Origin: Nemertoderma westbladi
Lineage: Eukaryota; Animalia; Xenacoelomorpha
Assembly: GCA_032718475.1 (NCBI GenBank)
Contig: JAUCBJ010002540.1
Location: 1 to 40,864, forward strand
DNA length: 40,864 bases
Reading direction: 5' to 3'
Part shown: piece by piece, positions 11,890 through 26,600 of the stretch
Numbering within the stretch: position 1 is the stretch's first letter
Layout: each line of letters begins with the position of its first letter
Notes under the pieces: model-generated
Databases searched by the model: none
What the model was told of the DNA's origin: nothing
Seen by the model: only the letters and a program-made list of their open reading frames with translations
Position numbers and translations under genes: made by a program

Positions 11890-14800
11890 GCATTGTATCC
11901 TATGCCATGTTAGTGCGCATTGTATCCTATACTATGTTAGTGTGCATTGTATCCTATGCCATGTTAGTGCGCATTGTATCCTATGCCATGTTAGTGTGCA
12001 TTGTATCCTATGCCATGTTAGTGCGCATTGTATCCTATGCCATGTTAGTGCGCATTGTATCCTATGCCATGTTAGTGTGCATTGTATCCTATGCCATGTT
12101 AGTGTGCATTGTATCCTATGCCATGTTAGTGTGCATTGTTTCCTATGCCATGTTAGTGCGCATTGTATCCTATGCCATGTTAGTGTGCATTGTATCCTAT
12201 GCCATGTTAGTGTGCATTGTATCCTATGCCATGTTAGTGAGCATTGTATCCTATACAATGTTAGTGTGCATTGTATCCTATGCCATGTTAGTGCGCATTG
12301 TATCCTATGCCATGTTAGTGCGCATTGTATCTTATGCCATGTTAGTGTGCATTGTATCCTATGCCATGTTAGTGTGCATTGTATCCTATGCCGTGTTAGT
12401 GCGCATTGTATCCTATGCCATGTTAGTGTGCATTGTATCCTATGCCATGTTAGTGTGCATTGTATCCTATGCCATGTTAGTGTGCATTGTATCCTATGCC
12501 ATGTTAGTGTGCATTGTATCATATGCCATGTTAGTGTGCATTGTATCCTATGCCATGTTAGTGTGCATTGTATCCTATGCCATGTTAGTGTGCATTGTAT
12601 CCTATGTCGTGTTAGTGCGCATTGTATCCTATGCCATGTTAGTGTGCATTGTATCCTATACCATGTTAGTGTGCATTGTATCCTATACCATGTTAGTGTG
12701 CATTGTATCCTATGCCATGTTAGTGCGCATTGTATCCTATGCCATGTTAGTGTGCATTGTATCCTATGCCATGTTAGTGCGCATTGTATCCTATGCCATG
12801 TTAGTGCGTAATGTATCCTATGCCATGATGTTAGTGCGCATTGCATCCTATGCCTTGTTAGCGCGCATTGTATCCTATGCCATGTTAGTGCGCATTGTAT
12901 CCTATGCCATGTTAGTGCGTAATGTATCCTATGCCATGATGTTAGTGCGCATTGTATCCTATGCCATGTTAGTGTGCATTGTATCCTATACCATGTTAGT
13001 GCGCATTGTATCCTATGCCATGTTAGTGCGCATTGTAACCTATGCCATGTTAGTGCGCATTGTATCCTATGCCATGTTAGTGCGCATTGTATCCTATGCC
13101 ATGTTAGTGCGCATTGTATCCTATGCCATGTTAGTGCGCATTGTAACCTATGCCATGTTAGTGCGTATTGTATCCTATACCATGTTAGTGCGCATTGTAT
13201 CCTATGCCATGTTAGAGCGCATTGTATCCTATGCCATGTTAGTGTGCATTGTATCCTATGCCATGTTAGTGCGCATTGTATCCTATGCCATGTTAGTGCG
13301 CATTGTATCCTATGCCATGTTAGTGCGCATTGTATCCTATGCCATGTTAGTGCGCATTGTAACCTATGCCATGTTAGTGCGTATTGTATCTTATACCATG
13401 TTAGTGCGCATTGTATCCTATGCCATGTTAGAGCGCATTGTATCCTATGCCATGTTAGTGTGCATTGTATCCTATGCCATGTTAGTGCGTAATGTATCCT
13501 ATGCCATGTTAGTGTGCATTGTATCCTATACCATGTTAGTGCGCATTGTATCCTATGCCATGTTAGTGCGCATTGTAACCTATGCCATGTTAGTGCGCAT
13601 TGTAACCTATGCCATGATGTTAGTGCGCATTGTATCCTATGCCATGTTAGTGTGCATTGTATCCTATACCATGTTAGTGCGCATTGTATCCTATGCCATG
13701 ATGTTAGTGCGCATTGTATCCTATGCCATGTTAGTGTGCATTGTATCCTATGCCATGTTAGTGCGCATTGTATCCTATGCCATGATGTTAGTGCGCATTG
13801 TATCCTATGCCATGTTAGTGTGCATTGTATCCTATACCATGTTAGTGCGCATTGTATCCTATGCCATGTTAGTGCGCATTGTAACCTATGCCATGTTAGT
13901 GCGCATTGTAACCTATGCCATGTTAGTGCGTATTGTATCCTATACCATGTTAGTGCGCATTGTAACCTATGCCATGTTAGTGCGTATTGTATCCTATACC
14001 ATGTTAGTGCGCATTGTATCCTATGCCATGTTAGAGCGCATTGTATCCTATGCCATGTTAGTGTGCATTGTATCCTATGCCATGTTAGTGCGCATTGTAT
14101 CCTATGCCATGTTAGTGTGCATTGTATCCTATGCCATGTTAGTGCGCATTGTATCCTATGCCATGTTAGTGCGCATTGTATCCTATGCCTTGTTAGTGCG
14201 CATTGTATCCTATGCCATGTTAGTGTGCATTGTATCCTATGCCATGTTAGTGCGTAATGTATCCTATGCCATGTTAGTGTGCATTGTATCCTATACCATG
14301 TTAGTGCGCATTGTATCCTATACCATGTTAGTGTGCATTGTATCCTATGCCATGTTAGTGCGTATTGTATCCTATACCATGTTAGTGCGCATTGTATCCT
14401 ATGCCATGTTAGAGCGCATTGTATCCTATGCCATGTTAGTGTGCATTGTATCCTATGCCATGTTAGTGTGCATTGTATCCTATGCCATGTTAGTGCGTAA
14501 TGTATCCTATGCCATGTTAGTGTGCATTGTATCCTATGCCATGTTAGTGCGCATTGTATCCTTGCAATGTTAGTGTGCATTGTATCCTATGCCATGTTAG
14601 TGCGCATTGTATCCTATGCCATGTTAGTGTGCATTGTATCCTATGCCATGTTAGTGTGCATTGTATCCTATGCCATGTTAGTGTGCATTGTATCCTATAC
14701 CATGTTAGTGTGCATTGTATCCTATGCCATGTTAGTGCGCATTGTATCCTATGCCATGTTAGTGCGCATTGTATCCTATACCATGTTAGTGTGCATTGTA

Positions 14801-17800
14801 TCCTATACCATGTTAGTGTGCATTGTATCCTATGCCATGTTAGTGTGCATTGTATCCTATACCATGTTAGTGTGCATTGTATCCTATGCCATGTTAGTGT
14901 GCATTGTATCCTATACCATGTTAGTGTGCATTGTATCCTATACCATGTTAGTGTGCATTGTATCCTATGCCATGTTAGTGTGCATTGTATCCTATACCAT
15001 GTTAGTGTGCATTGTATCCTATGCCATGTTAGTGTGCATTGTATCCTATGCCATGTTAGTGTGCATTGTATCCTATACCATGTTAGTGTGCATTGTATCC
15101 TATACCATGTTAGTGCGCATTGTATCCTATACCATGTTAGTGTGCATTGTATCCTATACCATGTTAGTGTGCATTGTATCCTATACCATGTTAGTGCGCA
15201 TTGTATCCTATGCCATGTTAGTGCGCATTGTATCCTATACCATGTTAGTGTGCATTGTATCCTATACCATGTTAGTGCGCATTGTATCCTATGCCATGTT
15301 AGTGTGCATTGTATCCTATACCATGTTAGTGTGCATTGTATCCTATGCCATGTTAGTGTGCATTGTATCCTATGCCATGTTAGTGTGCATTGTATCCTAT
15401 GCCATGTTAGTGTGCATTGTATCCTATGCCATGTTAGTGCGCATTGTATCCTATACCATGTTAGTGCGCATTGTATCCTATACAATGTTAGTGTGCATTG
15501 TATCCTATACCATGTTAGTGTGCATTGTATCCTATGCCATGTTAGTGTGCATTGTATCCTATACCATGTTAGTGTGCATTGTATCCTATACCATGTTAGT
15601 GTGCATTGTATCCTATGCCATGTTAGTGTGCATTGTATCCTATACCATGTTAGTGTGCATTGTATCCTATACCATGTTAGTGTGCATTGTATCCTATGCC
15701 ATGTTAGTGCGCATTGTATCCTATACCATGTTAGTGCGCATTGTATCCTATGCCATGTTAGTGTGCATTGTATCCTATGCCATGTTAGTGTGCATTGTAT
15801 CCTATGCCATGTTAGTGTGCATTGTATCCTATACCATGTTAGTGTGCATTGTATCCTATGCCATGTTAGTGCGCATTGTATCCTATGCCATGTTAGTGCG
15901 CATTGTATCCTATACAATGTTAGTGTGCATTGTATCCTATGCCATGTTAGTGTGCATTGTATCCTATGCCATGTTAGTGTGCATTGTATCCTATGCCATG
16001 TTAGTGTGCATTGTATCCTATACCATGTTAGTGTGCATTGTATCCTATGCCATGTTAGTGCGCATTGTATCCTATGCCATGTTAGTGCGCATTGTATCCT
16101 ATACAATGTTAGTGTGAATTGTATCCTATGCCATGTTAGTGTGCATTGTATCCTATGCCATGTTAGTGTGCATTGTATCCTATACCATGTTAGTGTGCAT
16201 TGTATCCTATGCCATGTTAGTGTGCATTGTATCCTATACCATGTTAGTGTGCATTGTATCCTATGCCATGTTAGTGTGCATTGTATCCTATACCATGTTA
16301 GTGTGCATTGTATCCTATGCCATGTTAGTGTGCATTGTATCCTATGCCATGTTAGTGCGCATTGTATCCTATACCATGTTAGTGTGCATTGTATCCTATG
16401 CCATGTTAGTGCGCATTGTATCCTATGCCATGTTAGTGCGCATTGTATCCTATACAATGTTAGTGTGCATTGTATCCTATGCCATGTTAGTGTGCATTGT
16501 ATCCTATGCCATGTTAGTGCGCATTGTATCCTATGCCATGTTAGTGTGCATTGTATCCTATACCATGTTAGTGCGCATTGTATCCTATACCATGTTAGTG
16601 TGCATTGTATCCTATGCCATGTTAGTGTGCATTGTATCCTATGCCATGTTAGTGCGCATTGTATCCTATGCCATGTTAGTGTGCATTGTATCCTATACCA
16701 TGTTAGTGCGCATTGTATCCTATACAATGTTAGTGTGCATTGTATCCTATACCATGTTAGTGCGCATTGTATCCTATACCATGTTAGTGCGCATTGTATC
16801 CTATACAATGTTAGTGTGCATTGTATCCTATACCATGTTAGTGCGCATTGTATCCTATACCATGTTAGTGCGCATTGTATCCTATACCATGTTAGTGCGC
16901 ATTGTATCCTATACAATGTTAGTGTGCATTGTATCCTATACCATGTTAGTGCGCATTGTATCCTATACCATGTTAGTGTGCATTGTATCCTATACCATGT
17001 TAGTGCGCATTGTATCCTATGCCATGTTAGTGCGCATTGTATCCTATGCCATGTTAGTGTGCATTGTATCCTATACCATGTTAGTGTGCATTGTATCCTA
17101 TGCCATGTTAGTGCGCATTGTATCCTATGCCATGTTAGTGCGCATTGTATCCTATACAATGTTAGTGTGCATTGTATCCTATGCCATGTTAGTGTGCATT
17201 GTATCCTATGCCATGTTAGTGCGCATTGTATCCTATGCCATGTTAGTGTGCATTGTATCCTATACCATGTTAGTGCGCATTGTATCCTATACAATGTTAG
17301 TGTGCATTGTATCCTATACCATGTTAGTGCGCATTGTATCCTATACCATGTTAGTGCGCATTGTATCCTATACAATGTTAGTGTGCATTGTATCCTATAC
17401 CATGTTAGTGCGCATTGTATCCTATACCATGTTAGTGCGCATTGTATCCTATACCATGTTAGTGTGCATTGTATCCTATACCATGTTAGTGCGCATTGTA
17501 TCCTATACAATGTTAGTGTGCATTGTATCCTATACCATGTTAGTGCGCATTGTATCCTATACCATGTTAGTGCGCATTGTATCCTATACAATGTTAGTGT
17601 GCATTGTATCCTATGCCATGTTAGTGTGCATTGTATCCTATACCATGTTAGTGTGCATTGTATCCTATACCATGTTAGTGTGCATTGTATCCTATACCAT
17701 GTTAGTGCGCATTGTATCCTATACCATGTTAGTGTGCATTGTATCCTATACCATGTTAGTGTGCATTGTATCCTATACCATGTTAGTGCGCATTGTATCC

Positions 17801-20800
17801 TATGCCATGTTAGTGCGTAATGTATCCTATGCCATGATGTTAGTGCGCATTGTATCCTATGCCATGTTAGTGTGCATTGTATCCTATACCATGTTAGTGC
17901 GCATTGTATCCTATGCCATGTTAGTGCGTAATGTATCCTATGCCATGATGTTAGTGCGCATTGTATCCTATGCCATGTTAGTGTGCATTGTATCCTATAC
18001 CATGTTAGTGCGCATTGTATCCTATACAATGTTAGTGTGCATTGTATCCTATACCATGTTAGTGCGCATTGTATCCTATGCCATGTTAGTGTGCATTGTA
18101 TCCTATGCCATGTTAGTGCGCATTGTATCCTATGCCATGTTAGTGCGCATTGTATCCTATGCCATGTTAGTGCGCATTGTATCCTATGCCATGTTAGTGC
18201 GCATTGTATCCTATGCCATGTTAGTGCGCATTGTATCCTATACAATGTTAGTGTGCATTGTATCCTATGCCATGTTAGTGCGCATTGTATCCTATACAAT
18301 GTTAGTGTGCATTGTATCCTATGCCATGTTAGTGCGCATTGTATCCTATGCCATGTTAGTGCGCATTGTATCCTATGCCATGTTAGTGCGCATTGTATCC
18401 TATACAATGTTAGTGTGCATTGTATCCTATGCCATGTTAGTGCGCATTGTATCCTATGCCATGTTAGTGTGCATTGTATCCTATACCATGTTAGTGCGCA
18501 TTGTATCCTATACAATGTTAGTGTGCATTGTATCCTATACCATGTTAGTGCGCATTGTATCCTATACCATGTTAGTGCGCATTGTATCCTATACAATGTT
18601 AGTGTGCATTGTATCCTATGCCATGTTAGTGCGCATTGTATCCTATGCCATGTTAGTGCGCATTGTATCCTATACCATGTTAGTGCGCATTGTATCCTAT
18701 ACCATGTTAGTGCGCATTGTATCCTATACAATGTTAGTGTGCATTGTATCCTATACCATGTTAGTGTGCATTGTATCCTATACCATGTTAGTGCGCATTG
18801 TATCCTATACAATGTTAGTGTGCATTGTATCCTATACCATGTTAGTGTGCATTGTATCCTATACCATGTTAGTGCGCATTGTATCCTATACCATGTTAGT
18901 GCGCATTGTATCCTATGCCATGTTAGTGCGCATTGTATCCTTGCAATGTTAGTGTGCATTGTATCCTATACCATGTTAGTGCGCATTGTATCCTATGCCA
19001 TGTTAGTGTGCATTGTATCCTATGCCATGTTAGTGCGCATTGTATCCTATACAATGTTAGTGTGCATTGTATCCTATACCATGTTAGTGCGCATTGTATC
19101 CTATACCATGTTAGTGCGCATTGTATCCTATGCCATGTTAGTGCGCATTGTATCCTATACCATGTTAGTGCGCATTGTATCCTATACCATGTTAGTGTGC
19201 ATTGTATCCTATACCATGTTAGTGTGCATTGTATCCTATACCATGTTAGTGCGCATTGTATCCTATACCATGTTAGTGCGCATTGTATCCTATGCCATGT
19301 TAGTGCGCATTGTATCCTATACCATGTTAGTGCGCATTGTATCCTATGCCATGTTAGTGTGCATTGTATCCTATACCATGTTAGTGCGCATTGTATCCTA
19401 TGCCATGTTAGTGTGCATTGTATCCTATGCCATGTTAGTGTGCATTGTATCCTATACCATGTTAGTGCGCATTGTATCCTATACAATGTTAGTGCGCATT
19501 GTATCCTATACCATGTTAGTGCGCATTGTATCCTATACCATGTTAGTGCGCATTGTATCCTATACAATGTTAGTGTGCATTGTATCCTATACCATGTTAG
19601 TGCGCATTGTATCCTATACCATGTTAGTGCGCATTGTATCCTATACCATGTTAGTGCGCATTGTATCCTATACCATGTTAGTGCGCATTGTATCCTATAC
19701 CATGTTAGTGTGCATTGTATCCTATACCATGTTAGTGCGCATTGTATCCTATACAATGTTAGTGTGCATTGTATCCTATACCATGTTAGTGTGCATTGTA
19801 TCCTATACCATGTTAGTGCGCATTGTATCCTATACCATGTTAGTGTGCATTGTATCCTATACCATGTTAGTGTGCATTGTATCCTATACCATGTTAGTGC
19901 GCATTGTATCCTATGCCATGTTAGTGCGCATTGTATCCTATACCATGTTAGTGCGCATTGTATCCTATACCATGTTAGTGCGCATTGTATCCTATACCAT
20001 GTTAGTGTGCATTGTATCCTATACCATGTTAGTGCGCATTGTATCCTATACCATGTTAGTGTGCATTGTATCCTATACCATGTTAGTGTGCATTGTATCC
20101 TATACCATGTTAGTGCGCATTGTATCCTATACCATGTTAGTGCGCATTGTATCCTATACCATGTTAGTGTGCATTGTATCCTATACCATGTTAGTGCGCA
20201 TTGTATCCTATGCCATGTTAGTGCGCATTGTATCCTATACAATGTTAGTGTGCATTGTATCCTATACCATGTTAGTGCGCATTGTATCCTATACCATGTT
20301 AGTGTGCATTGTATCCTATACCATGTTAGTGCGCATTGTATCCTATACCATGTTAGTGTGCATTGTATCCTATACCATGTTAGTGCGCATTGTATCCTAT
20401 ACCATGTTAGTGCGCATTGTATCCTATGCCATGTTAGTGCGCATTGTATCCTATGCCATGTTAGTGTGCATTGTATCCTATGCCATGTTAGTGCGCATTG
20501 TATCCTATACCATGTTAGTGTGCATTGTATCCTATACCATGTTAGTGTGCATTGTATCCTATGCCATGTTAGTGCGCATTGTATCCTATGCCATGTTAGT
20601 GCGCATTGTATCCTATGCCATGTTAGTGTGCATTGTATCCTATGCCATGTTAGTGCGCATTGTATCCTATACAATGTTAGTGTGCATTGTATCCTATACC
20701 ATGTTAGTGCGCATTGTATCCTATACCATGTTAGTGCGCATTGTATCCTATGCCATGTTAGTGCGCATTGTATCCTATGCCATGTTAGTGTGCATTGTAT

Positions 20801-22493
20801 CCTATACCATGTTAGTGTGCATTGTATCCTATGCCATGTTAGTGTGCATTGTATCCTATACCATGTTAGTGCGCATTGTATCCTATACCATGTTAGTGCG
20901 CATTGTATCCTATACCATGTTAGTGCGCATTGTATCCTATACCATGTTAGTGTGCATTGTATCCTATACCATGTTAGTGCGCATTGTATCCTATGCCATG
21001 TTAGTGCGCATTGTATCCTATACCATGTTAGTGTGCATTGTATCCTATACCATGTTAGTGCGCATTGTATCCTATACCATGTTAGTGTGCATTGTATCCT
21101 ATACCATGTTAGTGCGCATTGTATCCTATACCATGTTAGTGCGCATTGTATCCTATACAATGTTAGTGTGCATTGTATCCTATACCATGTTAGTGCGCAT
21201 TGTATCCTATACCATGTTAGTGCGCATTGTATCCTATGCCATGTTAGTGTGCATTGTATCCTATGCCATGTTAGTGCGCATTGTATCCTATACCATGTTA
21301 GTGTGCATTGTATCCTATACCATGTTAGTGTGCATTGTATCCTATGCCATGTTAGTGCGCATTGTATCCTATACAATGTTAGTGTGCATTGTATCCTATA
21401 CCATGTTAGTGCGCATTGTATCCTATACCATGTTAGTGCGCATTGTATCCTATACAATGTTAGTGTGCATTGTATCCTATACCATGTTAGTGCGCATTGT
21501 ATCCTATACCATGTTAGTGCGCATTGTATCCTATACCATGTTAGTGCGCATTGTATCCTATACCATGTTAGTGCGCATTGTATCCTATACCATGTTAGTG
21601 TGCATTGTATCCTATACCATGTTAGTGCGCATTGTATCCTATGCCATGTTAGTGTGCATTGTATCCTATACCATGTTAGTGCGCATTGTATCCTATGCCA
21701 TGTTAGTGCGCATTGTATCCTATACCATGTTAGTGCGCATTGTATCCTATGCCATGTTAGTGTGCATTGTATCCTATACCATGTTAGTGCGCATTGTATC
21801 CTATGCCATGTTAGTGCGCATTGTATCCTATACCATGTTAGTGCGCATTGTATCCTATACCATGTTAGTGCGCATTGTATCCTATACCATGTTAGTGCGC
21901 ATTGTATCCTATACCATGTTAGTGCGCATTGTATCCTATACCATGTTAGTGTGCATTGTATCCTATACCATGTTAGTGTGCATTGTATCCTATACCATGT
22001 TAGTGTGCATTGTATCCTATACCATGTTAGTGTGCATTGTATCCTATACCATGTTAGTGTGCATTGTATCCTATACCATGTTAGTGTGCATTGTATCCTA
22101 TACCATGTTAGTGTGCATTGTATCCTATACCATGTTAGTGTGCATTGTATCCTATACAATGTTAGTGTGCATTGTATCCTATGCCATGTTAGTGCGCATT
22201 GTATCCTATGCCATGTTAGTGCGCATTGTATCCTATACCATGTTAGTGCGCATTGTATCCTATACAATGTTAGTGTGCATTGTATCCTATACCATGTTAG
22301 TGTGCATTGTATCCTATACCATGTTAGTGCGCATTGTATCCTATACAATGTTAGTGTGCATTGTATCCTATACCATGTTAGTGCGCATTGTATCCTATGC
22401 CATGTTAGTGCGCATTGTATCCTATACCATGTTAGTGCGCATTGTATCCTATACCATGTTAGTGCGCATTGTATCCTATACAATGTTAGTGTG
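11890..22493. repeat. 27-bp satellite, left arm (~390 units), GCATTGTATCCTAT(G/A)C(C/A)ATGTTAGTG(T/C)
   Basis: Directly visible tandem array, with rare 30-bp (+GAT) and 26-bp (TCCTTGCAATG) units. Confidence 0.99.
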
Positions 22494-23662
22494 GCTGTTA
22501 TCTTTGTTGACTTCTTCAAGGCCTTTGATTCAGTCTCTCGCTCACGTATGTTCAGCATACTTTCATTATATGGGATTCCTGATGAAATTATTGCAGCAAT
22601 CAGATCAGTATACGATGGTTCGACAACATTTGTGTCTACTGTTGACGGTGACACAGAACCATTTGAAGTGTTATGGGGCGTCCTCCAAGGAGACACACTT
22701 GCACCATTCTTGTTCATTATTGTGGTTGACTATGTTCTACGCATGTCCTTAGATCATCATAATGATGATGGGGTGATGATAACTCCACCTACTGGCTCCA
22801 GAAGTCGAGGAAATCCTGCCAAGTACCTAACTGATCTAGACTTTGCTGATGACTTAGGAGTACTCTCAGAATCATTAGAGGGAGCCCAGCGGCTCCTCAG
22901 CTCATTAGAACATGCTGCTTCTAGTGTTGGTCTTTTTATTAACTCCAGAAAGACCAAAATTCTGACAGTTAACTTTGAAAGTCCTCAGCAAGTCTCTGAT
23001 CGGATGAGCATAAGCTCAAAGGATGGTATGCTTGAGCATGTGGACGACTTCTGTTACCTGGGATCATGGATCCGGAAGTCAGGTGAGGACCTTCGAATAC
23101 GTAAGGGAAAGGCATGGGCAGCCTTGAATAGGCTTTCCAGGATTTGGAAGTCACCTAGAATTAATCGGAAACTTAAGGTCCGATTATTTAGAGCAGCAGT
23201 AGTTCCAGTACTCCTCTACGGGAGTCCATGCTGGGCTCTAACTGCTGAGGACACCAAATCTCTGGATGGCACATTCACAAGAATGCTACGCCGGGTACAT
23301 TGTGTCAAGTACAATGCACACATCTCCAACCAGACACTATATAACATTGGAGGTGTCTCATTGGTTCCCCCAAGCTTGACACTAGAACAAAATCGCCTCC
23401 GCTTTGCAGGACATTGCTTTCGCCGTGAGGACCAGCCAGTGCATAATCTTGTACTTTGGCAGCCTCATGGAGTGAATAAGAATGGTGGACAGCCCATGAC
23501 TTTCTTGAGACGCATCTTAAAGGACACTGGCCTTAAAGATGCGGATGATCTAGCAAATGTCATGGGTGATAGGGAGTTGTGGCGGCGCAATTTTGTTGAC
23601 AAGCCGGCACAGCATTCTTAAAAATGCAGCTGCAATGCAGCATGCCGATCCTAGTAGTAGTA
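22494..23662 (+). mobile_element. 5'-truncated RTE-clade non-LTR retrotransposon (RT domain to 3' tail) inserted in the satellite
   Basis: Uninterrupted frame to TAA at 23621 with RT motifs FVDFFKAFDSV, GVLQGDTLAPFLF, LDFADDL and FCYLGS, plus the RTE-type C-terminus (LLYGS..W, RLRFAGHC.R, MGDRELWR). Very short 3' UTR, (TAG)4 tail, and a 23-bp TSD GTATCCTATACAATGTTAGTGTG at 22471-22493 and 23663-23685. Confidence 0.95.
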
Positions 23663-26600
23663 GTATCCTATACAATGTTAGTGTGCATTGTATCCTATGC
23701 CATGTTAGTGTGCATTGTATCCTATGCCATGTTAGTGCGCATTGTATCCTATACCATGTTAGTGTGCATTGTATCCTATACCATGTTAGTGCGCATTGTA
23801 TCCTATGCCATGTTAGTGCGCATTGTATCCTATACAATGTTAGTGTGCATTGTATCCTATGCCATGTTAGTGTGCATTGTATCCTATGCCATGTTAGTGC
23901 GCATTGTATCCTATACCATGTTAGTGCGCATTGTATCGTATGCCATGTTAGTGTGCATTGTATCGTATGCCATGTTAGTGTGCATTGTATCCTATGCCAT
24001 GTTAGTGCGCATTGTATCCTATGCCATGTTAGTGCGCATTGTATCCTATGCCATGTTAGTGCGCATTGTATCCTATACCATGTTAGTGCGCATTGTATCC
24101 TATGCCATGTTAGTGTGCATTGTATCCTATGCCATGTTAGTGCGCATTGTATCGTATGCCATGTTAGTGTGCATTGTATCCTATACCATGTTAGTGCGCA
24201 TTGTATCCTATACCATGTTAGTGCGCATTGTATCCTATACCATGTTAGTGTGCATTGTATCCTATGCCATGTTAGTGCGCATTGTATCCTATACAATGTT
24301 AGTGTGCATTGTATCCTATGCCATGTTAGTGTGCATTGTATCCTATGCCATGTTAGTGCGCATTGTATCCTATACCATGTTAGTGTGCATTGTATCCTAT
24401 ACCATGTTAGTGCGCATTGTATCCTATGCCATGTTAGTGCGCATTGTATCCTATACAATGTTAGTGTGCATTGTATCCTATGCCATGTTAGTGTGCATTG
24501 TATCCTATGCCATGTTAGTGCGCATTGTATCCTATACCATGTTAGTGCGCATTGTATCGTATGCCATGTTAGTGTGCATTGTATCGTATGCCATGTTAGT
24601 GTGCATTGTATCCTATGCCATGTTAGTGCGCATTGTATCCTATGCCATGTTAGTGCGCATTGTATCCTATGCCATGTTAGTGCGCATTGTATCCTATACC
24701 ATGTTAGTGCGCATTGTATCCTATACCATGTTAGTGTGCATTGTATCGTATGCCATGTTAGTGTGCATTGTATCCTATACCATGTTAGTGTGCATTGTAT
24801 CCTATACCATGTTAGTGTGCATTGTATCCTATACCATGTTAGTGCGCATTGTATCCTATACAATGTTAGTGTGCATTGTATCGTATGCCATGTTAGTGTG
24901 CATTGTATCCTATACCATGTTAGTGTGCATTGTATCCTATACCATGTTAGTGCGCATTGTATCCTATACCATGTTAGTGCGCATTGTATCCTATACCATG
25001 TTAGTGCGCATTGTATCCTATACCATGTTAGTGTGCATTGTATCCTATACCATGTTAGTGCGCATTGTATCCTATACAATGTTAGTGCGCATTGTATCCT
25101 ATACCATGTTAGTGTGCATTGTATCCTATACCATGTTAGTGTGCATTGTATCCTATACCATGTTAGTGTGCATTGTATCCTATGCCATGTTAGTGTGCAT
25201 TGTATCCTATACCATGTTAGTGTGCATTGTATCCTATACCATGTTAGTGTGCATTGTATCGTATGCCATGTTAGTGTGCATTGTATCCTATACCATGTTA
25301 GTGTGCATTGTATCCTATACCATGTTAGTGTGCATTGTATCCTATACCATGTTAGTGTGCATTGTATCCTATACCATGTTAGTGTGCATTGTATCCTATA
25401 CCATGTTAGTGCGCATTGTATCCTATACAATGTTAGTGCGCATTGTATCCTATACCATGTTAGTGCGCATTGTATCCTATACCATGTTAGTGTGCATTGT
25501 ATCGTATGCCATGTTAGTGTGCATTGTATCCTATACCATGTTAGTGCGCATTGTATCCTATACCATGTTAGTGTGCATTGTATCCTATGCCATGTTAGTG
25601 TGCATTGTATCCTATACCATGTTAGTGTGCATTGTATCCTATACCATGTTAGTGTGCATTGTATCCTATACCATGTTAGTGCGCATTGTATCCTATACCA
25701 TGTTAGTGTGCATTGTATCCTATACCATGTTAGTGCGCATTGTATCCTATACAATGTTAGTGTGCATTGTATCGTATGCCATGTTAGTGCGCATTGTATC
25801 CTATACCATGTTAGTGTGCATTGTATCGTATGCCATGTTAGTGTGCATTGTATCGTATGCCATGTTAGTGTGCATTGTATCCTATACCATGTTAGTGTGC
25901 ATTGTATCCTATACCATGTTAGTGCGCATTGTATCCTATACCATGTTAGTGTGCATTGTATCCTATGCCATGTTAGTGTGCATTGTATCCTATACCATGT
26001 TAGTGTGCATTGTATCCTATACCATGTTAGTGTGCATTGTATCCTATACCATGTTAGTGCGCATTGTATCCTATACCATGTTAGTGCGCATTGTATCCTA
26101 TACCATGTTAGTGTGCATTGTATCCTATGCCATGTTAGTGTGCATTGTATCCTATACCATGTTAGTGTGCATTGTATCCTATACCATGTTAGTGTGCATT
26201 GTATCCTATACCATGTTAGTGCGCATTGTATCCTATACCATGTTAGTGTGCATTGTATCCTATACCATGTTAGTGCGCATTGTATCCTATACAATGTTAG
26301 TGTGCATTGTATCCTATGCCATGTTAGTGCGCATTGTATCCTATACCATGTTAGTGTGCATTGTATCGTATGCCATGTTAGTGTGCATTGTATCGTATGC
26401 CATGTTAGTGTGCATTGTATCCTATACCATGTTAGTGTGCATTGTATCCTATACCATGTTAGTGCGCATTGTATCCTATACCATGTTAGTGCGCATTGTA
26501 TCCTATACCATGTTAGTGTGCATTGTATCGTATGCCATGTTAGTGTGCATTGTATCCTATACCATGTTAGTGTGCATTGTATCCTATACCATGTTAGTGT

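Noticed and set aside
22494-23621. Telomerase-like or domesticated RT that synthesises the satellite
   Set aside because: The RT is 5'-truncated within the domain, has a TSD showing it arrived after the array existed, and has dispersed sibling copies outside the array.
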